A stretch of 63,623 bases of DNA, the filler included, from Saprolegnia diclina VS20 (taxonomy: Eukaryota), in assembly GCF_000281045.1 (NCBI RefSeq). It is 6 parts of 2 records of this genome, joined end to end, with 100 filler letters (N's around TTAATTAATTAA, not from the genome) between each part and the next. Parts side by side here need not be neighbours in the genome. Positions count along the whole stretch, not along the records: positions 42,231 to 48,298 come from NW_008246123.1; positions 48,399 to 54,535 come from NW_008246123.1; positions 54,636 to 63,623 come from NW_008246123.1; 3 more parts are not named here. One strand, given 5' to 3'. The notes below the pieces were generated by a model that saw only the letters and a program-made list of their open reading frames with translations, ran no database searches and had not been told where the DNA came from. Positions 44,614 to 55,758 of the stretch are shown here, piece by piece. How positions within the stretch are numbered: position 1 is the first letter of the stretch; each line of letters opens with the position of its first letter. The position numbers and the translations under genes are program-made.

Positions 44614-46362
44614 ATGGTGCAGTCGACGCTGCGCGGTGACGAACTCGAGCTCGCGGAGCGCATCTCGTACACCAAATCCATGGACCCGATCGAGAAGCTC
44701 TCGCCCGACTACCTCGCCGCCAAGACGCCGGGAGACCTCGAAGCTGACGAGGACGGCGCGCTTCGTGAAGGCGGCGCGCTCGTCTACACGTCACCCGAGA
44801 TTCTCGCTTTCCTCTTTCAGTACGCGATCCTCGGCGTCGTCATTGGCGGCACCAACTCGATTGGGTATCCGTTCTTGACGGCGTACTACCAGCTCCCCCC
44901 CAACATCCTCAACTCGGCGGGCACGCTCATGACCCTCGGGTGGTCGTTAAAGGTCTTCTTTGGCATGCTCACGGACTGCGTCCCGATCTTTGGCTACCGC
45001 CGCAAGCCGTACATCCTCGGCGGCTGGACCGTCACGGCCATTCTGCTCGTCTACGTGGCGCTGCGTCCCGCCGGCGCCGGCGCCCCCGACCCAGCGGCAA
45101 CCCACAACGGGTCGTCGCTTGCGCTTGTCTGCACGGTGGTGTGCTTTGCCATGATCATCGCCGACGTCGCCCAGGACGCACTCACGGTCTCGTACTCGCA
45201 GCTCGAGCCCGAGGCCGTCCGCGGTCGTCTTGTGTCGCTCGTGTACGCTGTCCGAGGGTTTGCAGCTGCGCTCGTCACCAACGTTTCCGGGTTTTGCCTC
45301 AACTCGTCGCGGTTTGGCGGCCACTACGACTGGGACATTGGTCTCAACACCTTCTTTTGGATTCTGGCCGTCCCCGTCGTTCTCAACCTGCCGATCGTAT
45401 ACTTTTTCCTCCAAGACGACAAATCGACGCGCGTCAATTTTCGCAAGTACATTCTGGAGCTCTGGGACCTCCTCCAACTGCGCGTTGTGTGGCAAGTGCT
45501 CCTCTTCAACTTCCTTTTCAACACGTTCACGGGCATTGGGTCCACCGCCGGCGGCTACGTCAAGCTCTACTGGGCCAAAGTCGAGAACCTCAACAGTACC
45601 GTCATGTACACGGTCGGGAAGCTCTTGTACATTGGCATGCTTGTGACGGTCGGCAAGATCGGGACGCACTGGAACTGGCGCGCGGTCATCGTCTGGACGA
45701 CGCTTCTCACCAACGTCATCGACGCCGCCGTCATGTTCTCTACGATCTTTGACGTCGTCCGCAACCAGTGGTTCTTCCTCGGCGTCCCGATCGCTGAAAT
45801 GATCCCGAATGCAATGAACTCGATGGTGAGTATGTTTGTCATCGCCGAGCTCGCGGGCACGGGCAACGAAGGCGTCATGTTTGGTCTTGTGACGACCGTC
45901 ATGAACCTCCCAGGCCTCTTTACGAGCATCATCACCAACGTCATCAACGTCCCCTTCCGTATCTCGACCACGCGCATCAAGGCCGACACGCCCGACATTC
46001 GCGCCGACGTCGCATGGACGTACGTGATTGGGTACAGCTTGACGTTGCTCGGCTGCTTCTTCGTCTACTTGCTGCCGCATCAAAAGGCCGCGGTCGCCGA
46101 GCTCAAGCGCACCGGCGGTCGCTACCCGCGCGTCGCCGCCTTTCTCTTCTTTGCGTTTATGACGATCTTATCGGTTTCCATCACGGGCACACTCATGTCC
46201 ATGTACGACGCGACGAGCTGCACGATTCTCGCGGGCGGCCAAGGCTGTGACGAACCGGCGCCGTTGTGGTATCTCCTCGGTATTCTCTTGCCGGCCGCGC
46301 TCTCGCTGATTGGGATCGGCGTCGCAACGGTCGTCAGCCGTCGTACGTCGGCGGCGGAGTAG
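44614..46362 (+). CDS. Folate-biopterin transporter (FBT/BT1, MFS)
   Basis: GWSLKVFFGMLTDCVPIFGYRRKPY, RNQWF, GNEG and about 12 TMs. Confidence 0.9.
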   Translation: MVQSTLRGDELELAERISYTKSMDPIEKLSPDYLAAKTPGDLEADEDGALREGGALVYTSPEILAFLFQYAILGVVIGGTNSIGYPFLTAYYQLPPNILNSAGTLMTLGWSLKVFFGMLTDCVPIFGYRRKPYILGGWTVTAILLVYVALRPAGAGAPDPAATHNGSSLALVCTVVCFAMIIADVAQDALTVSYSQLEPEAVRGRLVSLVYAVRGFAAALVTNVSGFCLNSSRFGGHYDWDIGLNTFFWILAVPVVLNLPIVYFFLQDDKSTRVNFRKYILELWDLLQLRVVWQVLLFNFLFNTFTGIGSTAGGYVKLYWAKVENLNSTVMYTVGKLLYIGMLVTVGKIGTHWNWRAVIVWTTLLTNVIDAAVMFSTIFDVVRNQWFFLGVPIAEMIPNAMNSMVSMFVIAELAGTGNEGVMFGLVTTVMNLPGLFTSIITNVINVPFRISTTRIKADTPDIRADVAWTYVIGYSLTLLGCFFVYLLPHQKAAVAELKRTGGRYPRVAAFLFFAFMTILSVSITGTLMSMYDATSCTILAGGQGCDEPAPLWYLLGILLPAALSLIGIGVATVVSRRTSAAE

Positions 46363-46764
46363 AGAAACGTCCCGTCCTAATGTTGTATAACGTGAGTATG
46401 AGTTGCATTGAGCACCGAGTGTGATTCGTTGGCCGTGCTTGCTGCGGCGACTCGGCACCGATTGGCCTGGCGTCGCTCGCTACGAGGACAAAGATGGCTG
46501 CGGTCGGGTCGTCGCTCGCAGTGATCTCCCGACGCACAGAGAGCTCAGCTGATGGACCCCACGCCATTCACCCACTGCATTATCAAGTGTGTGCTCTAGT
46601 CCTCGTATCTAGTCCTCGTACTCGACCATACGCTACCTGTCGCCATGACGTCGTTGCTACAGGAAGAATGCACGCATCGTTTCTCTGTCAAAGACTCGTC
46701 TCTAGATACGACGTCTGGCGACCACCGTTGATTCGTACATAGACTTGGTAGTCCTCCTACGCAG

Positions 46765-47607
46765 TTACCGTTTGTCGGGGCAGTCGACGCACTTCTTCTC
46801 GAACGGTCGTCGCGGGTGCAAGCAGCGCTGCTTCGCAGGGCGAGTCGACGCAGGCACGTGCGCGATGTGCCAGCGGCCGTCAGCAAACGTGAGCTCGAGC
46901 GCCGCGTTGATGGGCGTGCGTTGGCGGGCGTCCGCTTTCTCGACGAGCACGAACTCGCCGGTTGATGTCAATTGGCATTCGATCAGCGACGCGCTTCGCC
47001 AGCTCGTGACCCGCGCGCTGCATCGCTCGTCCTTCATGGGCGCCTCCTGAAGCTGGGGCAGAACATGGCCCTTGGCCTCCGCGAGCTCGAACGGTGTTTT
47101 TCCCAGCGCGTTGGGCGATGACGTGGCACCGGCAGCGAGCAGCGCGTCGACGATCGCAGCGTGGCCTGCTTCCGCCGCCTTGCTCAGCGCGGTCGAGCCG
47201 TACCGCGTACGGACGTCGACGTCAACACCAGCCTCCAGCAGAAGGTGACAGACGTCCACGTGGCCCGACGCGCTCGCACACATGAGCGGCGTCGACCCAA
47301 ACATGTTGGCTTGGTTCAACACCGTCGCGCGCGGCGCCGTGCTGCGTGGCGTGTCCAGTACGTCGAGGAGGTCGTGGCAGAGCTCGAGGTGGCCTCCGCG
47401 GGCGGCCAGCGTCAGCGCCGTCGAGCCATAGGCGTCCGTGACACTCAGATCGATGGCCGAGGTGTTGCGGAGGACGTCGCGCGCATCATCAGTGTCGTTG
47501 CGACCTGGCGCTTTCTTGATGAGTGCGATGAGGCTGTCGGCGCACGTGACGGCGCACGTCGACGACCACCGCCGCGTGACCACGCTCGCCACTCGCCGGC
47601 GCCACAT
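46765..47607 (-). CDS. Ankyrin repeat protein
   Basis: GSTALTLAARGGH, GSTPLMCASASGH, GSTALSKAAEAGH, GKTPFELA. The Arg-rich N-terminus resembles a mitochondrial presequence. Confidence 0.85.
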   Translation of the reverse strand: MWRRRVASVVTRRWSSTCAVTCADSLIALIKKAPGRNDTDDARDVLRNTSAIDLSVTDAYGSTALTLAARGGHLELCHDLLDVLDTPRSTAPRATVLNQANMFGSTPLMCASASGHVDVCHLLLEAGVDVDVRTRYGSTALSKAAEAGHAAIVDALLAAGATSSPNALGKTPFELAEAKGHVLPQLQEAPMKDERCSARVTSWRSASLIECQLTSTGEFVLVEKADARQRTPINAALELTFADGRWHIAHVPASTRPAKQRCLHPRRPFEKKCVDCPDKR

Positions 47608-48122
47608 GACGATTGAAATCGTCGCGCTGGTATCCGGATAATCCGCTGGACTTCAACACCGGCACATAACAACTCCAGTTGGAGATCCCACGCGAGCACG
47701 GCTGGTCAAGGCGCTGCCGATACGAGCTCTCTACCTACGCCTTGGCTTTGTGCGACCGGGCGAGGAGCTCGGGCAAGCTGGTCCACTCGTTGATGCCGAT
47801 GACTCGGGAGGCCGCAGGCATACGCTGTACTGTGCCGAGATGATCGGGCGAACTGATAGCGACCGACCAGATTGCCAAGGAGCATATCTTCATCGTACTT
47901 GGTGCGTTCACAGCTGTCCCTGCTGGGCAGCTCGTAGAAGGACTATGCTTGACAATGCTCTCTAGGACCCATCGCTGAGGCCCAGAATCCTGCGATCCTG
48001 AGGACGCTGCGTCCGTGCCCCGTCAACGTACAGCTTCAACATGCTACTGACCAGTGGGATCGGCTTCGAAATTTTGGTGTTCGAAATTCCGCTCATTTCA
48101 CTTTCCGAGAGCTCGAGCGCAG

Positions 48123-48298
48123 ATGAAGGTGGTGACGCTGAGCACGCTGCTCATATCCGCTGTGGCCGACCACGCGCGCCGGCCGAGCGCGCCGGGCCTC
48201 TGGTCGGCCTTTGCCGACGGCCTCGCCGACGCCACGTACATTGACTTGACGCACACGCTGACGCCGACGACGCCGGTCTGGAGCGGCGACGTCTACCC
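48123..48298 (+). CDS. N-terminus of a secreted cyclase/kynurenine formamidase-family protein (truncated by gap)
   Basis: Hydrophobic N-terminus then IDLTHTLTPTTPVW, which resembles the cyclase-family N-terminal motif. Confidence 0.55.
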
Positions 48299-48679
48299 NN
48301 NNNNNNNNNNNNNNNNNNNNNNNNNNNNNNNNNNNNNNNNNNTTAATTAATTAANNNNNNNNNNNNNNNNNNNNNNNNNNNNNNNNNNNNNNNNNNNNGG
48401 CAGATGTAGCAGCGAGTGTGAATGAATATATACGTACCCTTGTACCAACTACTGGCCGCGTCGTCCGCCCGCAGCGTTCGCAAGGCGGAGTTGGGTGTCG
48501 TGGCACACTTGCCCGTCGCCAAGATTCCAGCCAATGAAACGTGGCGATTTCGCATCTTCAACGTGGATTGGCGCTTCTATTTTTTATTTTGGCCAATGCA
48601 AACCGAGGTGTTGTTGGACGATGATAGGTCCCACTGTCGCCCGCTGGCGTCTGCGAGCCCACTGTTTTCGAGCTGACGC

Positions 48680-50645
48680 ATGGGCCTCAAGCCGACCGAG
48701 TCGACGCGGCTCCTTGCCGACTTTGTCGCGGAGAAGCACGACGTCGTGCTAGCGCTGCGCCACGATGACATTCCGCAGGCGATGCTCGCGCGTTCGGCGC
48801 TGCGCTTCAACTTTTCCGTGCTCATTCTGCGCACGACCGTGCTCTTTGCCTTTGCGACGATGACGACGTGCATCTTTCCGACGCACGAGCTGTACCTCGT
48901 TGAGCGCGGGCTCACCACGGCGCTCGTCTCGTCGGGCTCGGTACGTCCGAAACGGCCTTTCTAGTGCTCAAAGTGCGTAGGACACGATCAACGCCAACTC
49001 GAGCATGAAGTTTGCCAACATCCAAGTCAAGTCGGACGTCCACGCCTGGGCGTACGACACGCTGCTGCCAAGTCTCTTTGACGACGATGGCGAGTGGCGC
49101 GTCGCTTCCGAAAATGTCATTTTGACGCTTGCGATTGAAGTCTATAAGCGCGAGCTCAAAGATTGCAACGCCAACATGGCCGACACGTGGGGTACGGTCT
49201 GCTACGCCAACGCAGAGGACGGCGACACACTCGTGGCGCGGCACCAGGACAGCGTCGCGATCAGCTCGCGCTTCCGGCCGCTCACGCTCGAGGGCATCCA
49301 GGCTACGATGCAGGGCAAGGACGACCGGTGGGTCGACGAAGCCACCGCCCGCGTCGTCTTTCAAGTCATCACGTACAACGGCAACCTCGACGCATTTGCC
49401 CGCACGCGCCTCACCGTGACGTTCCAAAGCGGCGGGTTCATTGATGCGAGCGGCGAAGTCATCGTAGTGCCAAGCAACTTGTATGCAAGTCCGTACCAGA
49501 AATGGCTCGACCTGTGCATCCTCTCGTACTTTGGTGGGACGCTGGCCTTTTTGGTGCTGGCGTTCTGCTGCCCCAAGTGGTGCCATGTGTACATTGCGTC
49601 CTACTCGTCCGTCTTTGTGTGGCTCGACTGGGTCGTCGTCTTTGCTGTGAGTATGTTTTACCTCATTTGGTTCAAAGTCTACTCGGCGATCCTCAACTAC
49701 ACGGCGACAACATTTGCCGAGAAGCACCCGAGCACGACCATGGTCAACAGCGACCGGCTCGAAGACCTTGCGTCGCAAATGACGCGCGTCCGGTTCCTTG
49801 CGATCGCCGTCATGCTCCTGCTCACGACCCGGTATCCCTTTTCTATCAACGTATCAAATGACCATTTTTTGGCTAGTATTTTTGGCGCGATGGAATTTCA
49901 CCCAAATTTAAATGTCGTCACGACGACGATTCTCAAGTCGATCCACAAGCTCGGCGCGTTCTCGTGCGTCTTTGTATTGACCTTGTACGGCTACGTCGTC
50001 GCTGGCTGCCTCAGTTTCGAAGGCACGCTGCAGTTCAGCAACTATGGCCGCGGCTTTGTGACGTGCATCAACATGCTCTTTGGGGACTTTGACTTTGAAG
50101 CGATCGCCCAAGTCAACTTTCCGCTCGCGGTCGTGTGGTACTTTAGCGGCATGGTGCTGCTCTTCCTCATCCTCTTCAACCTCCTCCTCGCCGTCGTCCT
50201 CGAGTCGTACACGGACGTGACCATGGAGAACGCGCGGTCTCGTCGATCGTATTTCACGCCTGTTTCTTATTGCTCTTGTCGTAGGCACAACCGGTCGGTG
50301 CTCTGGGAATTCTGGGTCGTGACGTGCGAGGTGTTCAACCCCGCGCGCTTCTTTGGCTGCGATGCCGAGACCAAGTTTCTCCGCGCTGTCCAAGCCGGCG
50401 CGTTTGATCGGCTCGACTTTATCACGGAAGACGACGTGATTCACCGCGCGTACCTCTCGCCGCGCTCGGCCAAGCATGTGCTCGAGACCATCTTGCTCTA
50501 CCGCAACTCGGTGTACGTCCCCAAAAAAGAAAGTGAAGTCCAAAGCGCCACCAACGACGACGTCCTCGCCAAGATCCGACGTCTCGAAGACTCGGTGGCG
50601 CAGCTCGTGCTGCAGCTCCAAGACCGAGAGATGTACCGCCCCTAG
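48680..50645 (+). CDS. Polycystin-2 (TRPP)-like cation channel, multi-exon
   Basis: RWVDEATARV..QVITYNGN, FQSGG, WLDW, pore FSNY...MLFGDFDF, LFLILFNLLLAVVLESY, C-terminal coiled coil. Confidence 0.85.
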
Positions 50646-51174
50646 TCGTGTATCGGTCAAACGTCGTTCTGGAATACCATAACCAATGGAGATGATGGTG
50701 CCTTGTTGAGAGCTCGTTGGTGAGCGGGACTTGTTACGAGAACTAGAGCAGCGATGATGGTTGCCAACGGCTCGGGCTACGCAGCGGCGTCATTGCCCAT
50801 TGCACCACCGGTGCCGTGAGCCGCCAGCGTTGTAGCGTGTCTGTGCCCCACTACTGAATTGCCACCAGCATTTGGCGACGTCGAGAGAGACACAGGCGCG
50901 GCTACTCGTTCGACCGCCGCCGATGCTGGTGTAGTATGCCGATTGCTACTATAAGCATATACCGGTATATGAATCGCTATGGCGGTGTCGGCGGTGGCGG
51001 CTGCCCGAGCTGCTTGTCGCAACGAGCGACCACGCTTCAATCGTCGTACACTGTATTTGCTGCGACATGCAGGATTTTTAAAGAGCATATTTTATTCTGG
51101 ATACAATTACCGAGGTATCCATGCAGATTGTTTTTAATGTGGTCGCGTGCAAAGTCGCGAGATTGCATTTTGCA

Positions 51175-51703
51175 ATGCTCGGACGGGCGAGCATTTGGCT
51201 CGTGGCGCTGGCCGGCGTCGCGCAGGCGGCGACAAAGGAGCTCACAGATACATGCAGCGGCGGTGGCGCCTTTGGCCTCTATCGCCGCGAGTCGGGCTGC
51301 GCGATCGGCAACTGCGACTGCTTTCCAATCATTTACGAGTGCGACGGCCGCCTCGCCGACGGCATGGGCCAGTGCGCGCTGTCCCGTAATCCGCAACTGG
51401 CTGGGGCTCGAAGCTCATGGTGCGCCTACTACATTAGGCGTCGGCTGGTCGCTCATTCTTCTGGCGTTCGCCATCAACTTGATCGTGCCGGCGGTCTTTC
51501 TCGTAAGCCACAACATCATGGAGCTCGCCAAGGACAAGGCCGTGAGCAGCAACAGCGACGAGCACGTCCCCAATGCGATGGACCAGTCCAAGGAGAGCCA
51601 CGGACAGTACGTGTATCGGATGACAATATTGGCATCTGAAGCTCATACTAGGTTTTACATTGACCTGCGCCAAGTACTCGCGTCGCAGCGACCTCGCTCA
51701 TGA
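51175..51703 (+). CDS. Small Cys-rich single-pass membrane protein
   Basis: Signal peptide, six-Cys ectodomain, intron about 51386-51437, TM VGWSLILLAFAINLIVPAVFLV. The 3' end is uncertain. Confidence 0.5.
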
Positions 51704-51779
51704 CATTTTGTAGTTTCGGACTTCGGTGCCCGATACGGCTCTCGGTCTGCGCGCCGAGCCAAAGATCTTTTTGGAGACC

Positions 51780-54253
51780 ATGTCCAAGCGTACGGCCTTT
51801 GTCGATACAACGTGTCGTATCGTGGTGCGCGTAGGCTGGGTCCAAGTTGTCTGCTACTGGCTCGTGCTTGCCTCGCTCGGGTGCTTTGCACTGCTCGTTC
51901 CGCCCATTTCAATGGACGAGACGTCGTTTCCGCTAGTGCGTCAGAACACGACCGAAATCAACGCGACAGCCTACACGATTGCGAGCTCAAGCACGAACGA
52001 CTTGCCGGGCTCCACGCGGTTTCTCTCCCTTCAAGGTTGCTTTCTCGACTGAGCAACAGCTCATGTCGACAAGTAGGGGACTTTTGCGGGGTCGCCAACG
52101 ACGCCTTGCCGACCCAAGGCGCGTTCACGCTGTCATTGGCGTACAACATTACATTTGCAATGGACGGTGTCGTGCTGTTTGACCAAATCAACGGCTTCAA
52201 AGCGCTCAACTGCGTCTGCGACCACGGCAGTTGCGCGCTGCGCAAAGTCGAAGAAGGCGCAATGGGGGCGCTTCCGCTCGTGTACTTTCCGTGGTACCAA
52301 GATGCGTGGCACCCGTTCAAGAACGGGACAGAGGAGCACACGTTCTCGGTCGCCGCGTCCTTCTCATTTGCGTCGCACGACTTGATTCCGTTCATGCGAC
52401 TCCGGCCCGTGGCGCACTTGCTCTTCCTGTCGCACCATGCGTTCATGGAGCGCGTCTTGGACATTGTGAACCTGTGCGTCTTCTTGCTCGACATGGGCGT
52501 GCTGCTCACGTACGCGGTCAAGGTGCGGTCCGCACCGTGGCTGCCCGAGCGACGGGTCGTCTACGTCATGTGCGGCGTCAACTTGTTGGCGAGCTGCCCG
52601 ATGTTGTATCTCTCCGAGTACTTGGACCTCTCGGAGAGCTTTCAGGCCATGCTGTACGCGAGCGAAGGCGTGTTTGCACTCAGCTGCGGTCTCTGGCTGC
52701 TCGCGTTCCTCTTCCTCCTCGACATGCAGCGCACGCGGACCTTTGGCGCTCGCTTCTTTGTCGGCAAGTTTGTCCTTGGCACGTCCGTTCTGAGCCTGTA
52801 TCTCTACACGTACTTGTATGCAGCCGACCAGTACCTCTCGCTCCTCAACTTTGGACTTGCGATCTTTTGCTCGACCATCTACATGGGGCTCATGGTCGAC
52901 GTGCGCAACAATCTGCGCGCGCATGCGTACGCAGAGACGCGCCCCGAGCAGCTCACGGCGCGGCTGCTCTATGTCATTGGGCTCACGGTCATGTACGTCT
53001 TCTTCTTTGTCGCGCTCTTTGCCGACCCGCTCCCGACCGTCTCGCCGTTTGTGCCCAAGACGGTCATCCTCACTGACTTGGCCGTGCAGCTCATTCTCCG
53101 GACGGCGACGTGGGTCCTTGCTGTGCTCTTTTTGCCGCCGACGAAGACCACCGACCGCCACCACCACGTCTACTACACCCGCGCTCGGACCAAGCTGCCG
53201 CGACTCACGTCGTCGCAGCGCGACTTTACGCTCGCCCACCTCAAGCAAGTCGTGGGCGGACGCTACAACCGGTCTCTCTCGCTCGACGATGGCTATCTCG
53301 AGTGGCGTGCGCCCGATGCATTCGTTATCGAGACTGCTTGCGCTCTATACAACCAGTCGATTGCGATCTACGAAGAACCCGACTTTGACACGGAAAAAGG
53401 GTGCTACGTCGTCGCCAGCGACGCACATTGGACCCAAGACGGGCTCACGCTCGTCCAGCACTTCTACGATGCGATGACCGACACGTACGGGTGGGTTCTC
53501 GCTGGCGACAAGCGCGTCGTCGTTGTCTTCCGTGGCACGCTGAGCGCCGCCAACGCTCTCACCGACCTCCAAGTCCACATGACGCGACCCGCGTTTGGAG
53601 TCGACGACGATGACGGGTCCATGGTCCACGCAGGGTTTCACTACGCCTACATGACGGTGCGCGACACGATCCGCAGTATCGTGCAGACCGCGATGGCGTC
53701 CATGCCCGAGTGCCAGCTCTACGTCACCGGTGCGTCCTTTTCAACGTCGCGTATATTAACTAACTAGGAACTAGGGCACTCTCTCGGCGGTGCGCTCGCG
53801 ACGCTCATGGCCTACGACGTGGTCACTGACAACCGGTGGCGCCTGATGGAAGACATTGTCGTGTACACGTACGGCAGCCCCCGCGTCGGCAACCACAAGT
53901 TTGCGGCCGCGTTCAAGCGCGTGGTGACCAACTGCTACCGCGTGTGCGCGGACGGCGACGCGATCGTCGGCACACCCAAGCGGTCGCTGGCGGCGCTCTG
54001 CTTTGCGCACCTCGCGTACAAGCACGTCGGCGACAACGTGCTCTTGTCGACGCGCGCCAGAGGCACGTTTCTCATCAACCCCAACATCGTCGAGCGCGCC
54101 TTCATCTCGCGCCTCCGCGTAAATGCAATCGCGCATCTCGGGCCGGCGTACATGAACCTGCTCGAGAACGGCACCAACTTTACGAAAAAAACCAAGTACG
54201 TCAGCGCCCGCAACTTTGACGAAGCGACGCCACTGCTCTACGACGCCATCTAA
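51780..54253 (+). CDS. Multi-pass membrane protein fused to a class 3 lipase domain (two introns)
   Basis: About 7-8 hydrophobic helices, then VVVFRGT, VHAGF, TG|HSLGGALA (split by intron 53730-53774), TYGSPRVGN, DAIV, YKHVG. Confidence 0.85.
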
Positions 54254-55758
54254 GTGAATTTGACGTTCCTGGCGTTGGAGACTGTAGAGATGTCCCTTGT
54301 AACGTCGTACAGTGCGGATGTTTGGGTATTGCATTCAGGTGAATAGGGTTAGGTATGCCACCACTGCCGTTGCATTGCACTGTTTCGGGTGCACACAGAT
54401 ATATATTCATTCACACTCACTGCTGCATCTGCCCACTGTATGCGGACGGTCGTGGAAGCACCGCCACTTGCCTTTGACCAGTTGAGGTACGACTTACTTG
54501 CGGAGCCGGCGCGCGTAGCTGTTGGCGCACTGCACNNNNNNNNNNNNNNNNNNNNNNNNNNNNNNNNNNNNNNNNNNNNTTAATTAATTAANNNNNNNNN
54601 NNNNNNNNNNNNNNNNNNNNNNNNNNNNNNNNNNNAGTAAGAGAGAGTGTTCGACTGGAGACGATGTTGAGCCTGTATAAAGTAGTGTTTTTGTCTTTTG
54701 ATGGTGTTGCGCACCGTGATTGGTGCAAAATAGATCATTTCGATGGTTTTATTGGTCAGCTATAATAGCTTGACGCGTCACACTGGTCAGCTACAATAGC
54801 GTCCATCGAACGCGTGCAGCCACTAGTGGTACCACATGTTGCAGCTAATAGAGACACCACCTGGTGACGTCACACAGTCCTCCTACGTGTAAACGCCAAC
54901 TATCACTGTAAGGTAAAATGGAGCGAATCTCTTCATTTCGCGGTAACGTTAAGCTGGAAAAGGCAGAGTAACATGAGCTCCAGCACGAGAATACGCTGTG
55001 TGGACGAAATTCCGCGCATCCCACCAAGAACAGTCCAGGTTTGACGGAGCGGTGTGCATGTTGGTTGGTTTCAACGTGATGGTTCGTGCATGGTTGGGGC
55101 GGCTGAAATGAAAACAGAGTCGATGTACCCACGTTCGGTTCCTTGCGTCTGGTCCAAAAAGCTGCGCTTCGCATGACGCGCACACATAGTCCTGGCGCGT
55201 CAGAAGGGAACGATGCAAGAGGACCGCCCTGCGATCTTGTCGTAACGCGTGCGCCTCACAAGAATGTCATCGCACCATGCAGTAAACGTCACGCCTTCTA
55301 GCAAAATGAGCCTGATCCGCATCGTCGCTTTGACTCTTGGAGCTGTGTCAGGCAGCCGCTCGAGACTCGACCAGCTCTTTGTGGCTGCCTTTATCTACTT
55401 CTTTATAGTATGGTCGTACTAACTTTGGCGGTGGGTCACATGCCGGTACCGCGCCCACGTACAACATGTGTTGGAGGAAGAACGGTCGCAAATGCACGAA
55501 GCTCGCGAGCAAAAGGCAAGTGCGTTGGCTGCTGGCTGTGCATGCGTTGTCGAGGCCAGACACATCCGCCAAGCATGCACAACATTCCGTGGTCAAGGTG
55601 CATCTTACATGGGTCTACCAACGTGGCGTTCGTAGCGCTGTTTCCAGGAACCAACGTCGACGTCGCAAGCCAAACACATGGCTCGGCCGCTCGTTCGATG
55701 CACGCAGAACAATTTCGTTAACCGTTTTCCCCACGAGCTCACTTGTTCTTTTTCCGCA

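Noticed and set aside
54753..54800. 17-bp near-perfect direct repeat TGGTCAGCTA(T/C)AATAGC
   Set aside because: Two copies 14 bp apart with nothing recognisable between them; no supportable function.
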